A stretch of DNA of 64,000 nucleotides. Source: an uncultured Planctomycetaceae bacterium (GTDB lineage: Bacteria; Planctomycetota; Planctomycetia; Planctomycetales; Planctomycetaceae). The translations under genes and the position numbers were made by a program. Each line of letters starts with the position of its first letter. Positions within the stretch are counted from its first letter, which is position 1. Positions 27,985 through 38,276 of this stretch are shown one piece after another. The notes under the pieces were generated by a model. It was not told the DNA's origin and did not search any database. It saw only the letters and a program-made list of their open reading frames with translations. The stretch covers positions 256,001-320,000 of the forward strand of contig CAWFGE010000015.1 in the NCBI GenBank assembly GCA_963815195.1, written 5' to 3'.

Positions 27985-29001
27985 ATGTTGGATTCAAAAC
28001 AACGCTCGGCCCTAAAAATGGCAGAGCGAATTCATGAGCAACTGTCACAAGGCCATTCTGCGCAGACCCAGAAATTGCAGTTGCCCGAAGACAACTGGGA
28101 CGAATGCCAACGGTTGTTTCGGCGAATGGAAATCGCACGATCGCGCGGTTGGAATCTCGCCGTCCGCAAACTTTTGCCACAACTCCCCTTGGCCCTGCGA
28201 GCACTTCAACTGCGGTTGGAGCAACTCACGCCCACAATCCAACTCAAGGCGGTTCCATCGCTGCGGGCCATTTACGAAGAAGTCCTGGCTTTGGAAGCCG
28301 AGTTTCCTCGCGTCACCTGCGACCTACGAAAAGGCACGTTGGCGGTCGAAACGGAATCGCTTGTTTTGGAAGGTGTCGCACTTGGCAGCTTTGAGATTCG
28401 GCTGGAGGTGAAGAATCGGCCGAATGGTTTCACGTATGAAGTCCTCGCACTGGAGCCTTATCCTTCGGCCTCGAATTCATCCGTGACGCACCCGCATGTG
28501 CAGGATGGGCAACTCTGCGAGGGTGAGGGGCGAGCGGCGATTCGCAGCGCCTTGGATTCGGGTCGATTGTGCGATTTCTTCGTCATCGTGTCGCAAATCC
28601 TTCGCACCTATAACCCGTCCAGCGCCTATGTCGAATTGGACAACTGGAGCGGCGAACCCTGCGAGGATTGCGGAGGGATTACCGATGATGAGGACCGTTG
28701 GAATTGCGAAGGGTGTGAGCGTCTCCTCTGTAGCGAATGCTACGTGAGTTGCTCGGATTGTGGGGATGCCCATTGCAGCGATTGCACCAATTCCTGCGAA
28801 GGTTGCGATGAGTCGCTTTGTCGAAAATGTCAGCATTCGTGTGAGTCGTGTGGAAACATCGTTTGTCATTCCTGTCTGGAAGAGGATGACGTCTGCAAAT
28901 CCTGCCACGCCGCTTCGGCGGTAGAAAGTACAAGTCATGCCCATGAGACAACCCAAGAACCTCCGCTCGAAACGGTCCCCGCAGAAATTCCCTCGCCTTG
29001 A
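27985..29001 (+). CDS. Prokaryotic E2/UBC-like conjugating enzyme fused to a Cys-rich (10x CxxC) tail
   Basis: [15 protein letters not shown] mirrors the E2 HPN...C active-site motif; ILRTYNP; ten CxxC pairs. Confidence 0.7.
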   Translation: MLDSKQRSALKMAERIHEQLSQGHSAQTQKLQLPEDNWDECQRLFRRMEIARSRGWNLAVRKLLPQLPLALRALQLRLEQLTPTIQLKAVPSLRAIYEEVLALEAEFPRVTCDLRKGTLAVETESLVLEGVALGSFEIRLEVKNRPNGFTYEVLALEPYPSASNSSVTHPHVQDGQLCEGEGRAAIRSALDSGRLCDFFVIVSQILRTYNPSSAYVELDNWSGEPCEDCGGITDDEDRWNCEGCERLLCSECYVSCSDCGDAHCSDCTNSCEGCDESLCRKCQHSCESCGNIVCHSCLEEDDVCKSCHAASAVESTSHAHETTQEPPLETVPAEIPSP

Positions 29002-29670
29002 GCGAGCCCCGACGCTTCGCTTTTCTCCTTATGCTTGGGCGAAACTTCTTTTCCTTCGCGATCAGGGTGAAACCGAAATCGGGGGATTCGGAATCACGGC
29101 GGAATATGATCCGCTTTTAGTGGAAGACATCGTGCTTGTTCTGCAAACCTGCACGGCGGTCAGCGTTCGCTTTGACGATGCCGCCGTCGCGGATTTTTAT
29201 GATGATCAAGTGGATCGCGGCTTTGCGCCCGACCGATTTTCCCGAGTTTGGGTTCATACGCACCCCGGAAATTCCGCCCAGCCCAGCGGAACAGATGAGG
29301 AGACGTTCGAGCGAGTATTTGGCCGTTGCGACTGGTCGGTCATGTTCATCCTGGCCTGCGGCGGAGATTCTTATGCTCGCCTGCGTCTCGGCGATTGGTC
29401 CCACAGCGGAGATGGTTATTCCAATCGAAGTGGACTACGACGCCTCGTTTCCCGCTTCCGACATCGCCGCCTGGGAACAGGAATACGAGAACTGTGTGCG
29501 GTCCATCGAAGGTTGGAGAGAAACGAACTTCAACGAAGGCAAAACGAGAACAAAGGGCCGCCGTCCCACCAGCCTTGCCAAACCCGTGGTGGGACGATGC
29601 GAGCTTTGATCTCATGGCTTCCGATCTGTCTTATTCTGAGGAGGATTTTCACGATTATGAATCGTTTTGA
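28943..29670 (+). CDS. JAB/MPN+ (JAMM) metalloprotease, candidate deubiquitinase; frameshifted in the 3' half
   Basis: ETEIGGFG and [16 protein letters not shown] (HxH-x7-S-x2-D). Confidence 0.88.
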
Positions 29671-30306
29671 ACGGCAAAGCGAACTCGTTCCCCAAGTTCG
29701 CCTCCAAGAAACCTCCGCAACCGTAATTGGAGTCGGCGCGGTCGGGCGGCAAGTGGCATTGGGACTCGCGGCCATGGGTGTCAGGCGGTTGCAATTGATG
29801 GACTTCGATGACGTGGAACCCACGAATGTCACCACCCAAGGCTATTTTAGCCAGACCGATTTGGGGCAACCGAAAGTCCTCGCCACGCGGCAGGCTATCC
29901 AGTTGATTGATCCCGATATTGTTGTCACGCCAATCCAGGATCGCTTTCGCGCGAAGTTCGATACGGGGGAAGCGATCTTTTGCTGTGTGGACAGCATCAC
30001 GGCCCGCGCTGCGATCTGGCGGAGTTTGAAAGACCGCTGCCGCTTTTGGGCCGATGGGCGAATGCTCGGTGAAGTCTTGCGGGTATTGACCACCACCAGC
30101 GACCCTCGATCGGCAACATTATGAAACGACACTATTTTCCCAGAGCGGAAGCACAAACCGGACGTTGCACTTCTCGCAGCACGATTTACACCGCGGGCAT
30201 TTGTGCCGGTTTGATGCTGCATCAATTCTCACGCTGGCTCCGTGACTTGCCGACCGACTGCGATATCTCGTTCAACCTATTGGCTGGCGAATTCGTTTTG
30301 AATTGA
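29657..30306 (+). CDS. E1-like ThiF adenylyltransferase; frameshifted near 30120
   Basis: [45 protein letters not shown], distal GRCT Cys. Confidence 0.9.
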
Positions 30307-30350
30307 ACCCGAAACACCCAGACCCAAATCAAATTGAGGAGGTACTTCCT

Positions 30351-30524
30351 ATGGGGGCTCGTCAAAAACTTAATAACGTCTATGTCACAATCGCGTTGAT
30401 CGTCGCCGCCTTGGCGGGATTGTTGACGCAATCCACGTTTGTGTTCTGCATCGCCTTGGCGTTGCTCATCATCACCAACATTGACTCGGGAGCCATCCGC
30501 CCCAACAAACGCCGGCGTCGTTAA
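30351..30524 (+). CDS. Small two-helix membrane protein
   Basis: gaggagg RBS; MGARQKLN, two hydrophobic segments, basic tail. Confidence 0.65.
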   Translation: MGARQKLNNVYVTIALIVAALAGLLTQSTFVFCIALALLIITNIDSGAIRPNKRRRR

Positions 30525-30562
30525 TTTGGGGGATTTTCCCTTTTTGATTCTAAATGCATGCG

Positions 30563-30600
30563 ACCTGCCCGCCCTTCGGGGCGGGCAGGTTTTGGCTTTT
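30563..30600 (+). terminator. Intrinsic terminator ending the cluster
   Basis: acctgcccgccc-ttcg-gggcgggcaggt-ttt. Confidence 0.8.
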
Positions 30601-30854
30601 TCTTTAGCCCTCAGCACCAAACAATTCCCCTAGCCTGAGCGACCACTTTCAAGGAGACCGATGGCAGTGTGATTTCTGACAAGATCACGAACGTCTTTCC
30701 ACAAGTTGCAATGTTTTCCGTGATGTGGCTACAACCAGCATCTTCAACCATGGAAATAAAGGAAACCGGCTAGCGACCTGAAAACGAGCCGCCGTGACAG
30801 AATCAGATTCGCCGAGCGGCATTCGAAATGCCGCTCGATGCTATCACCGGGCTG

Positions 30855-32538
30855 GTTAGAGTCTGACTTTGTCACTTCTGCGGACGTTGCGCGTATGTTT
30901 TTAGGCTGCCAAGGGCAGTCCGTGGTAATGCAATTGGATCATTGTTCCCAACAGTTTTTGACCAAGGGCCGTCGTTCGCCAGCGGCGGGTGCGGGGGATC
31001 TTTGCAATCAGCTTGCGGACGTGCAGGCGTTTCAGGAACCGCGTCACGGCGTTGGCCTCTCGCCGTTGACGATTGCGGTCCGAAGGAAGCCCCCACAAAA
31101 ACTTTCGAATGTCGGCATTCCGAAAGCCCTTGAGCAAGTGATCGCCCGCCATCACCGCTTGGAACAACCGCACGTCCTCCCGCCGCGCGGGATTGAACCC
31201 TTTGTAGCTTCGACCTTGATGCACTTTCGCTTCGGCCAGTTTGGCGACCTCGTGATACGCGGGAGCGGGATCGTCCACCACCGACAAGGCATTGAGGTAG
31301 CGTTCGTTCGCGGCTTTCGCGTGCCGTTGATACTCCGGCAAATTCGCGACGCCTTTGTTCAGGGGAGCCCACACCATTTGGGGCTCGCCGTTCCGCATCC
31401 CCTCGCGGTAGATGCGGAACTCGCGCGGCTGGTTGATCACCGTTTCCACGCGGAGAATTTGGCCAAACTTGTCGTACATCTTCAGCCAGTTGTCTTTCAT
31501 CCGGTGTTTGACCCGCGCCCCCGGATCGCGCTTCTTCTTGACATCGGTCAGAACTTCCCCTTGGAAGTTGCCATGAAGTTTTCGGCCCAGAAACGTGAGA
31601 ATGTCACTAGCCGAGAAACTGACCACGGCGTGATCGATCAGCCGTGGATAAAGTTCGCCGAGCGATTTTTTGTCGGCGAAAAGAACGTCCGAGGCGTATT
31701 CCGCCTGGTCGATGACCCAGTAGTAGGTGTGATCGCTCAAAAAGCCGTCGGGCCCCACCACGGGATTGACCTGCCGAGCCCATCCGGCCAGTTGCTTGAC
31801 CCAGTTGAGTTGGGCAAAGCGGTCGGCCATTTTCTGAGCGGCTTTGGGGTTTTCCAATTCGATAAAGGCGTTGTCTTTTTGGACGAAACCCAGCCCCGCC
31901 TTCTGCATCTTTCGGGCCAGCCAATCGTGGCCGTTGACGTAGACTTGAATGCCGTAGGGAAACCAGGTCTCCAGGCGGATGTGCATCAAGCCGAACTTCC
32001 GGTCCAGATAGTAATAGTAGATCACCCGTTGCGGCCGGCGTTTGAAGGAAAGCTTGGGCTTTCGCTGGCCATACGCCAGAGCCACCGTTTTACAGGTTTC
32101 CTGCACGCACAAAACGGCCACCAATCCCTCGGCCAATTTGTCCTTTCGAATCAGGTTCTGAATGAACGGTTCCTTCTTGAACTTGCCTTGGCGATACAGG
32201 TAGGGCCGGCCGGCTTCCGCCGCCACGGCTTTGGCGTGATCAACCAACCGCTCCGATTCCTGTTTGAGTCGGGGCAGAAAGTCCTTCCGCTTGATCTTCA
32301 AGGCATAGTCCACGAAGTCGTTCAAGCGTTTGTCGTTCCAAAACGGCAAATGGCCTTTGAAAATCACTCGATCAAAACAGTTCAAACTGGTTACAATCTG
32401 TTGAGAAAACTTGGAAACAAAACTCGAAGCAAACATCCTGGCGTCCTCCAGCAGTTGGCGGTCTGACAACACCAACATGACTGGAGGACGTCAATTTTGC
32501 CAGACACCTTTTTGGTTGCGGCCATCAGGCCGCGTTAG
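30855..32538 (-). mobile_element. Unclassified 1679-bp IS-like element, copy 1 (no TIRs; CTAAC at both junctions)
   Basis: Near-identical to 45358-47041; gttag at 30855-30859 and 32534-32538. Confidence 0.9.
30901..32478 (-). CDS. Putative transposase of the unclassified element (Rep-like core, C-terminal wHTH)
   Basis: 525-aa ORF identical in protein to 45418-46995; LKMYDK...LRVET; GFRNADIR...LKRLHVRKLIAKIPRTRRW. Confidence 0.8.
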   Translation of the reverse strand: MLVLSDRQLLEDARMFASSFVSKFSQQIVTSLNCFDRVIFKGHLPFWNDKRLNDFVDYALKIKRKDFLPRLKQESERLVDHAKAVAAEAGRPYLYRQGKFKKEPFIQNLIRKDKLAEGLVAVLCVQETCKTVALAYGQRKPKLSFKRRPQRVIYYYYLDRKFGLMHIRLETWFPYGIQVYVNGHDWLARKMQKAGLGFVQKDNAFIELENPKAAQKMADRFAQLNWVKQLAGWARQVNPVVGPDGFLSDHTYYWVIDQAEYASDVLFADKKSLGELYPRLIDHAVVSFSASDILTFLGRKLHGNFQGEVLTDVKKKRDPGARVKHRMKDNWLKMYDKFGQILRVETVINQPREFRIYREGMRNGEPQMVWAPLNKGVANLPEYQRHAKAANERYLNALSVVDDPAPAYHEVAKLAEAKVHQGRSYKGFNPARREDVRLFQAVMAGDHLLKGFRNADIRKFLWGLPSDRNRQRREANAVTRFLKRLHVRKLIAKIPRTRRWRTTALGQKLLGTMIQLHYHGLPLAA

Positions 32539-32690
32539 GAGAATTCCTGAAAGAGACAGAGCGCCTAGCTGACTCGAGCGATCTGTCCAGCTTTCGAAAG
32601 ACTTGCCGTACTGGACACGGCGTCTCTCCTCCAAAGATGTCCTCAATTTCAGCTTTTTCGAATTGCATCCACAACGTAAGCCAATTCTCG

Positions 32691-35600
32691 CTACTCTTCA
32701 AACTCCAGTTCGATTTCTGCTTCCTCTTCCTCTTCCACTTCGACTGCGGATTGCAGTTCCAGGACGGCGGTGCGCAGTGGTTCGTAGATGGGGATTTCTT
32801 GTCCCACAATCTCGAAAGTCACCGCCAGAGTGTATGTGGCTGCCGCCTCCGGATCGCGACTCCAGCCCTGATGCCCGCGGACGGCAATGCAAAGATCATC
32901 GGGAAGAGCATTCGAGGCGACGAAAGCCCAATCTTTCTGTAGCGTGCCGACGCCCCGACGGACACCGGGCAGATGGCCCCAGTTGCTTCGGGATTCGATC
33001 CTCCAGCCCAACGCGCCACTACCTTCATCCATCTGTTCATCGTCAGATTTCAGCGCGCGTGTCAGGAAGGCTTCGAGAGATTCGCCCTTGCGATTGCTCA
33101 TCCAATCCAGCCACGTCGCCAAGTAGCCGCGATGCGTCCTTCGTGTACGTCTTGGAGCGGCGGCGTAGGATAACGTGACATCGATGCGAATCGTGAAGTC
33201 ATCGGCGGGACGGCGAAGCTCTGCGGGAATCGGAACCTGATAGATGTGGCAGTCACCTGGCCCCAACGTCCGCTCCTTGTGAGTGATGAACGTCGTCCGA
33301 AAGTCGGTGTTGGTGGTTGCCCGTTCCGTATCGGGGATGCCGTAACCAAGACGACGGAGGACATCGACTTGTTCTTCTCGGGAGAGCGCGGCGGCCCATG
33401 CCGGCCAGTGAGCCGATTGCACGATCAGCGCGCGGTAGAGGAGACAAGATTCCTCGGGAAGCAACGCCTGCAAGCGGGCCGCGATTTTCGTCACCTTGGG
33501 GGCGGCGAACGAGGTGCCGACCTCGTCTCGGTCGAAGGCTGGGCCGCCGTGAAGCGTCGAGCGGATCAGCTCAGGGTAAAAGTCGCGACCGTCTTGGGGA
33601 TTATCGACAGTTGGAGAGTCTCCGGCGGTGTGAAGAGAGTCTCCACCGTATTCGACGACATCGGGCTTGATGGATTCCCAGATACCAAGTCCTGCCCGAC
33701 TGAAGGCGGAGGGGTAGCCCTTTTCAGATGCAAAACTCCTCCAGTGGGCGGTTTCCAAGGCACCGTAGTTGGACAGCGCCAGTTTAGTGTGTTTTGCCTG
33801 GAAATCATGGGGTTTTGTCTTTTCGGGGTCACGTGACGCAGGATTTGATTTTGTCGACGTCGATTCCGAGGGAGAGATACAGCTGGATTCGCGTTTTGGT
33901 ATGTGAAATTTTCGACTGAACGGTGCGGTCTTGATAGTGCCGCTGGCTCTTTAAGTCCTTCTCGTAGGCTTCGTCACGAAACGGAGCGGGCAGGTGATGG
34001 TGCATCAGGTAACTGTTGAGGCTCCGGCGAACCTGTTCGACGGTGAGTTCTCCCGTCTGGTGGGTGTCCAGGCTCTGACGAATCCGGCTGCATAACAGGG
34101 AACTCAACGCGGTCACGTAGTAGTGACGATGAATGCTCCGCCAGCCACGAACTTGGAAGTGATCCATGCCCAACTCGTCTTTGGCCACGCGGAAGCAGGC
34201 TTCGATCGTCCAACGACGGAAGGCGACCCGCAGCAACCAACGCAACGTCACGCCGCCCCGCCCGACCACCTGGTTGGATAGAAAAAACTTGATTTCCCCA
34301 GTTCGCACATTCCGGGCCACAATCAAGGTCTGTTGTCGGCTGGGGAGTTTGGCTTCGGTCTTCCGCCAGACTTTGAGCCATTTGACCTCCCAGACCTCGG
34401 GACCCTTTTGCGTGTCCTTGATCCGATACCGCTGCCAAGTTTGCTTTTGAAACTTGGAAGAGAACTTGATCAAGTTGCGGACTTCGCAGGCGGGCGGCGG
34501 GCACCAGGCGCGGGGCGTCTTCTTCCCCCGCCTCGTCTTCGACTTCCGCGGTTTTGTCTTCCGCGACTTCGTTCGACTTCGCTTTGGTTTTGTGGTCCAA
34601 ACCCGCGTATCACAGGGGATTTCCGCGACATAGGCTTGCTTTCGATCCTCGAGTCCATCCAGGAACTTGCTGTCTCGGCCATACAGTTCATCGCAGGTCC
34701 ATACCGCCACGCGGATGCCATTCTGTAAAGCCCGGTCAATCAAGCCCAACGCGATTTGCGGCTTCGTCTGAAACGCGATGTCCTTGGGAATGGGATTTTT
34801 CTCTCGCCGCGCTTGGTCATCAGCCCAGTCTTCCGGCAGGTAAAGCTGACTGTCCAAAAGCGTGTGAAATCCGGGAGTCGAGTACGCCAGATGAACTCCC
34901 ACGGTGCAGTTATCGACCTTTCCCCGGTGGCCGTTGTACTGCCGGGCGGCCCCGGCGGTCTCCGAACCGCTCTTGCTGATCCCGGATTCATCCACGGTCC
35001 CAATCGCCTCCTCGTGGGCATGATCCCGGGCGAGGATCTGCTGACAGCGATCTCGCAATTTTTCCTCATCCCACTTGATCGATTCGAGAAACCGCTGTAG
35101 CGTTCGGGGAGGTTGGTTGAACTTCAACGCGATGGCCTCACAGTTCTTTCGTTTGACATCCGACAACTGACCCTTGACATAAACCCTGAACAACCGGCGT
35201 GCGGGCCAGCTTAAAAAGCAATCCGCAAACATCGCCAGAAACACTGTGAGCAGTCGACCGAGGTTCTTGATCTCTTCTAAAGTCATCATGGCGGTCCTCC
35301 GTGATCCATTTGGGTAAACTCACACGGAGGATCGCCTGATTTCATTCGTAACGGAAGGCTAAGCCGAGTACGGATTTAGAGAGTAAAGTGGCGCTGTCCA
35401 ATTAGGCAATGGAACCCACCGTGAGCGCTTGAAGGCTTTGGCTCGGATTGGCGATACGAGAGGCGTTTTCACCCAGATAGTCGGGATACGGTTTGCCGGC
35501 GGCAATCTGTTCAGCGATGCCGGACCGGGGAGCCGGACGCGAATTCTTCAAATTGCCTGCGCTCTGAATGATCAAGACATCATAATCGTGGCAAAGCAGA

Positions 35601-36955
35601 TCGATTTCTGCAGCCCACGCCGACATGTGCCGCGTCCGGCAGGGCCCATCAGCATTGATGGAATGATTGAAGATTCGTGTATTGCGGGGGCCGTCATGGT
35701 ATCGCTTGACAACTTCCCGTAACACGGCCGGAGGAAACATCTCTTGGGGCATGCCACAGTTCTCGTCCAGCACACGGGCGTTTTGCACCCACGTCTTCAG
35801 ATGGACGACACCCGTCTTAGGGATGTCTTCCCCGTGAAGCACGGCTCCGGCGACTCGTGTGCCGTGACCGCCGGGCGGAACATAATCGGCAACATTGGTG
35901 TCAGAGACATTGGGTAGGAAACAATGCGAGGATTGTTTGTCGATCCCCGGTTCCAGCCAAATATGCTCCTCCTGGATTCCACTATCGACTACACAGACAG
36001 CGGGAGCGTTTTCGTCCGGCGATTGAACGTCCAGGCGTGCTGCGACCTCTTTGAGTCCACGGGCAATTTGTTGAGGCGTCTCGATCTCATCCGGTTCGGT
36101 CACTTCGAAGATGTACGGATAACTGAGTACAAGGTCTTTCAGCCCCCGACCGGGGATTTTGATGCGGAGCGTAAAGCTATCAGGAAGGCTCAACGCTTCG
36201 GTATCGGCATTGTCGACATTCATCAGGATCTCGGCCTGGTAGTGATCGATAATACCGCGGACGGTCTCAAGCCGTTGGTCCTTCAGATCGTCCCATTTGT
36301 CATAGGCTTCGAGCCGCTGATTCGACCAATCGTTCTCTCTCCGCGCCCATGTCTCATCTTTCCAACGGGGGTTTCGTTTGGGTTTGTTCGGTATTTCCCA
36401 ATCGCCGACGCAGGTAATGCCCACGTCACAGATGTAGAGTGAATAATCAGGTATCGTTGGCCACTCCTGAAACAGCGTGTCTGTGAGGATGAGTTTAAGC
36501 CGCTCTTCCTGCGTTAAATCTTCACGTAATTCGTGAATTCGCGCGACATTTGCAGAGCCTGTAATGCTGCCAACGAAATCTGTGAGTTTTTGCTGGAAGT
36601 CTTCCAGGTCGACATCTTTCGAGGCGACGATAACAAACCCGTTCTCTTGTTCCGAGACGATTTCAAAATGGAATTGTCGCCGTAAGTCATCGAGATCAAG
36701 GGACGGATCGATTTTCAGTAACAGCGGGATACCTGCTTCGATTGGCGGTAGCCCGTTTTGAACACGTGCCGTTTGACTGGTTTTCCAGTTTGCGGAGACG
36801 TTTTCTGACTGCGTTCGCAACCCTCCAGCGTGTCCTGATCGGTGGGATTTATTATTTGCTGTGGTCGGATTTTCCGCTTGAGGGGCGGGTGGGAATCGAG
36901 CGGGTCCGCGTTCGCGGAGTATCAACTGAAGATATTCAAAATTGTGATCCGGCAT
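32691..36955 (-). pseudogene. S8 (subtilisin-like) peptidase, IetS-like, interrupted by an IS701-family element
   Basis: Triad motifs VVDSG, GHGTRVAG, GTSFAAP; removing the IS restores ...VGSIAYGALETAHW (875 aa). Confidence 0.9.
33769..35402 (-). mobile_element. IS701-family IS (intact transposase 33829-35289)
   Basis: TIRs ttggacagcgccagttta / taaagtggcgctgtccaa; TAG duplicated (33766-33768, 35403-35405); DESGISKSG, ARQYNG--GKVDNC, DELYG, RWTIE-CF--AK-ELGMDHFQVR. Confidence 0.93.
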
Positions 36956-36958
36956 TGC

Positions 36959-37966
36959 CTACTCGCTTTTCGTGTCCGTATTCCGATGACTCAACTCGTG
37001 GATCGCTTTCTTGAGTAGTGATTCCGTGACGACCTTTTCGCCGCAGAGGACGGCCGCTTTCGCGGCATCTTGGGCCGCTTTCACCGACATCGCCGCGGAT
37101 GCGCCTGCGAGTTGGCTGACGAGACGATTCCAGTCCATTTTCGGGGCAACTTGCACGGCCGATAAAGTCATCCGCAACAGCTTTTCGAGTTCCTCCAGTC
37201 CCGGCAAGGGAACTTGGAAGACTTCATCGAATCGCCGAAACAAGGCTTCGTCAAGGGAGGCTTCGACATTCGTTGTCGCTACCAGGAGACCGGGCGCATC
37301 GAATTCTTCCATCAATTGCAACAACGAATTGACGATCCGGGATGCTTCTCCGATGTCTTTCGATGTGGTCCGGGAACGAGCGATAAAGTCGCACTCGTCC
37401 AAGAGCAAGACGGACGGGCGTTCTTTAGCGGCGTCAAACACGGCTCGGAGGTTTGTGGCCGATTCCCCAAAATACGACGAAAGCAGCGCATCAAATCGGA
37501 CTTTCAGAAGCGGCAGGCCCGTATTCCACGCAAGCCGCTTGGCCCCCAGCGACTTGCCGCATCCTGGTGGTCCATAAAGCAAGATCGTCTTGCGGTTGCG
37601 AAGTCCATAGGCACCAAGACGTTCCCGAGCAGCATACTCCCGTTCGATTCTGGCAAACCGCTCCTCGACCTCGGGAGGGAGGACCATGTGGTGCTCCAGT
37701 GCCTCTCGCGGAACGAGCGTCGTGAGCAATTCCCCGTGACGACGGCTAAGAGGTAACTCTTTCAGAGTGCGGTCACTGTCCGTCGTCGGAATGTGACCGG
37801 TATTTTTGGGGCGAGGTTTATTCAGGATTTCTTCAAGTTGGTTGGCAAGTCGCCCGTGACCGCTTTTCCGTTCCGACTCGACGATTCTCTGCGCGAGTCG
37901 TTCCAGATCGCTTTGCGAGCCTTCAGCAATGGCTCTTACCACCCGTTTCATAATGTCGGCGTTCAT
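36959..37966 (-). CDS. AAA+ ATPase, IetA-like, directly upstream of the S8 peptidase
   Basis: YGPPGCGKS, LLSSYFGES, LLLDECD, ATTN, FRRFD. Confidence 0.92.
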   Translation of the reverse strand: MNADIMKRVVRAIAEGSQSDLERLAQRIVESERKSGHGRLANQLEEILNKPRPKNTGHIPTTDSDRTLKELPLSRRHGELLTTLVPREALEHHMVLPPEVEERFARIEREYAARERLGAYGLRNRKTILLYGPPGCGKSLGAKRLAWNTGLPLLKVRFDALLSSYFGESATNLRAVFDAAKERPSVLLLDECDFIARSRTTSKDIGEASRIVNSLLQLMEEFDAPGLLVATTNVEASLDEALFRRFDEVFQVPLPGLEELEKLLRMTLSAVQVAPKMDWNRLVSQLAGASAAMSVKAAQDAAKAAVLCGEKVVTESLLKKAIHELSHRNTDTKSE

Positions 37967-38009
37967 TTTTGTGCCGCTCTCGATTTTGAATTGGCTCAAT
38001 GAATTTGGG

Positions 38010-38276
38010 TCAAAGTCTCGGACGGACAACGTCTGATTTGCGGGTGTCCGTTTTATCGGCTCCTGGCTCTTGTAGCACATATCGCCAGCCCTCCTCACTT
38101 CGTTCCGCACGGATATTGTGTCCTCTCTCGCGAAGCGCACACACCGCTCGCGAAACCGTGGGAATCGAAATTCCAAGCTCGTCGGCGATTTTCGGAGTGG
38201 AATACCGACCACTTTGGATTAAACGAAGGACAGTTTCCAGCCGCTTTTCGATCTGCAAGGAACGCTGGTAGAGCAT
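38010..38276 (-). CDS. HTH_11-type regulator
   Basis: YSTPKIADELGISIPTVSRAVCALRERGHNI. Confidence 0.8.
   Translation of the reverse strand: MLYQRSLQIEKRLETVLRLIQSGRYSTPKIADELGISIPTVSRAVCALRERGHNIRAERSEEGWRYVLQEPGADKTDTRKSDVVRPRL

Noticed and set aside
28937..30124. Apparent 395-aa JAB-E1 fusion in the ORF track
   Set aside because: The linker is out-of-frame sequence. The JAB C-terminus continues in other frames, and E1 has its own RBS (gaggagg) and ATG at 29657. The fusion results from frameshifts.
27662..30306. Thiamine/molybdopterin biosynthesis reading of the MoaD-like and ThiF genes
   Set aside because: No thiG/moaE/moaA nearby, an E2-like gene intervenes, and the Ubl lacks a terminal GG
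30838..32466. ~540-aa antisense ORF spanning the CTAAC element (also 45430-47043)
   Set aside because: Its start lies at or outside the element boundary and differs between copies, and no motifs are evident; most likely a shadow ORF
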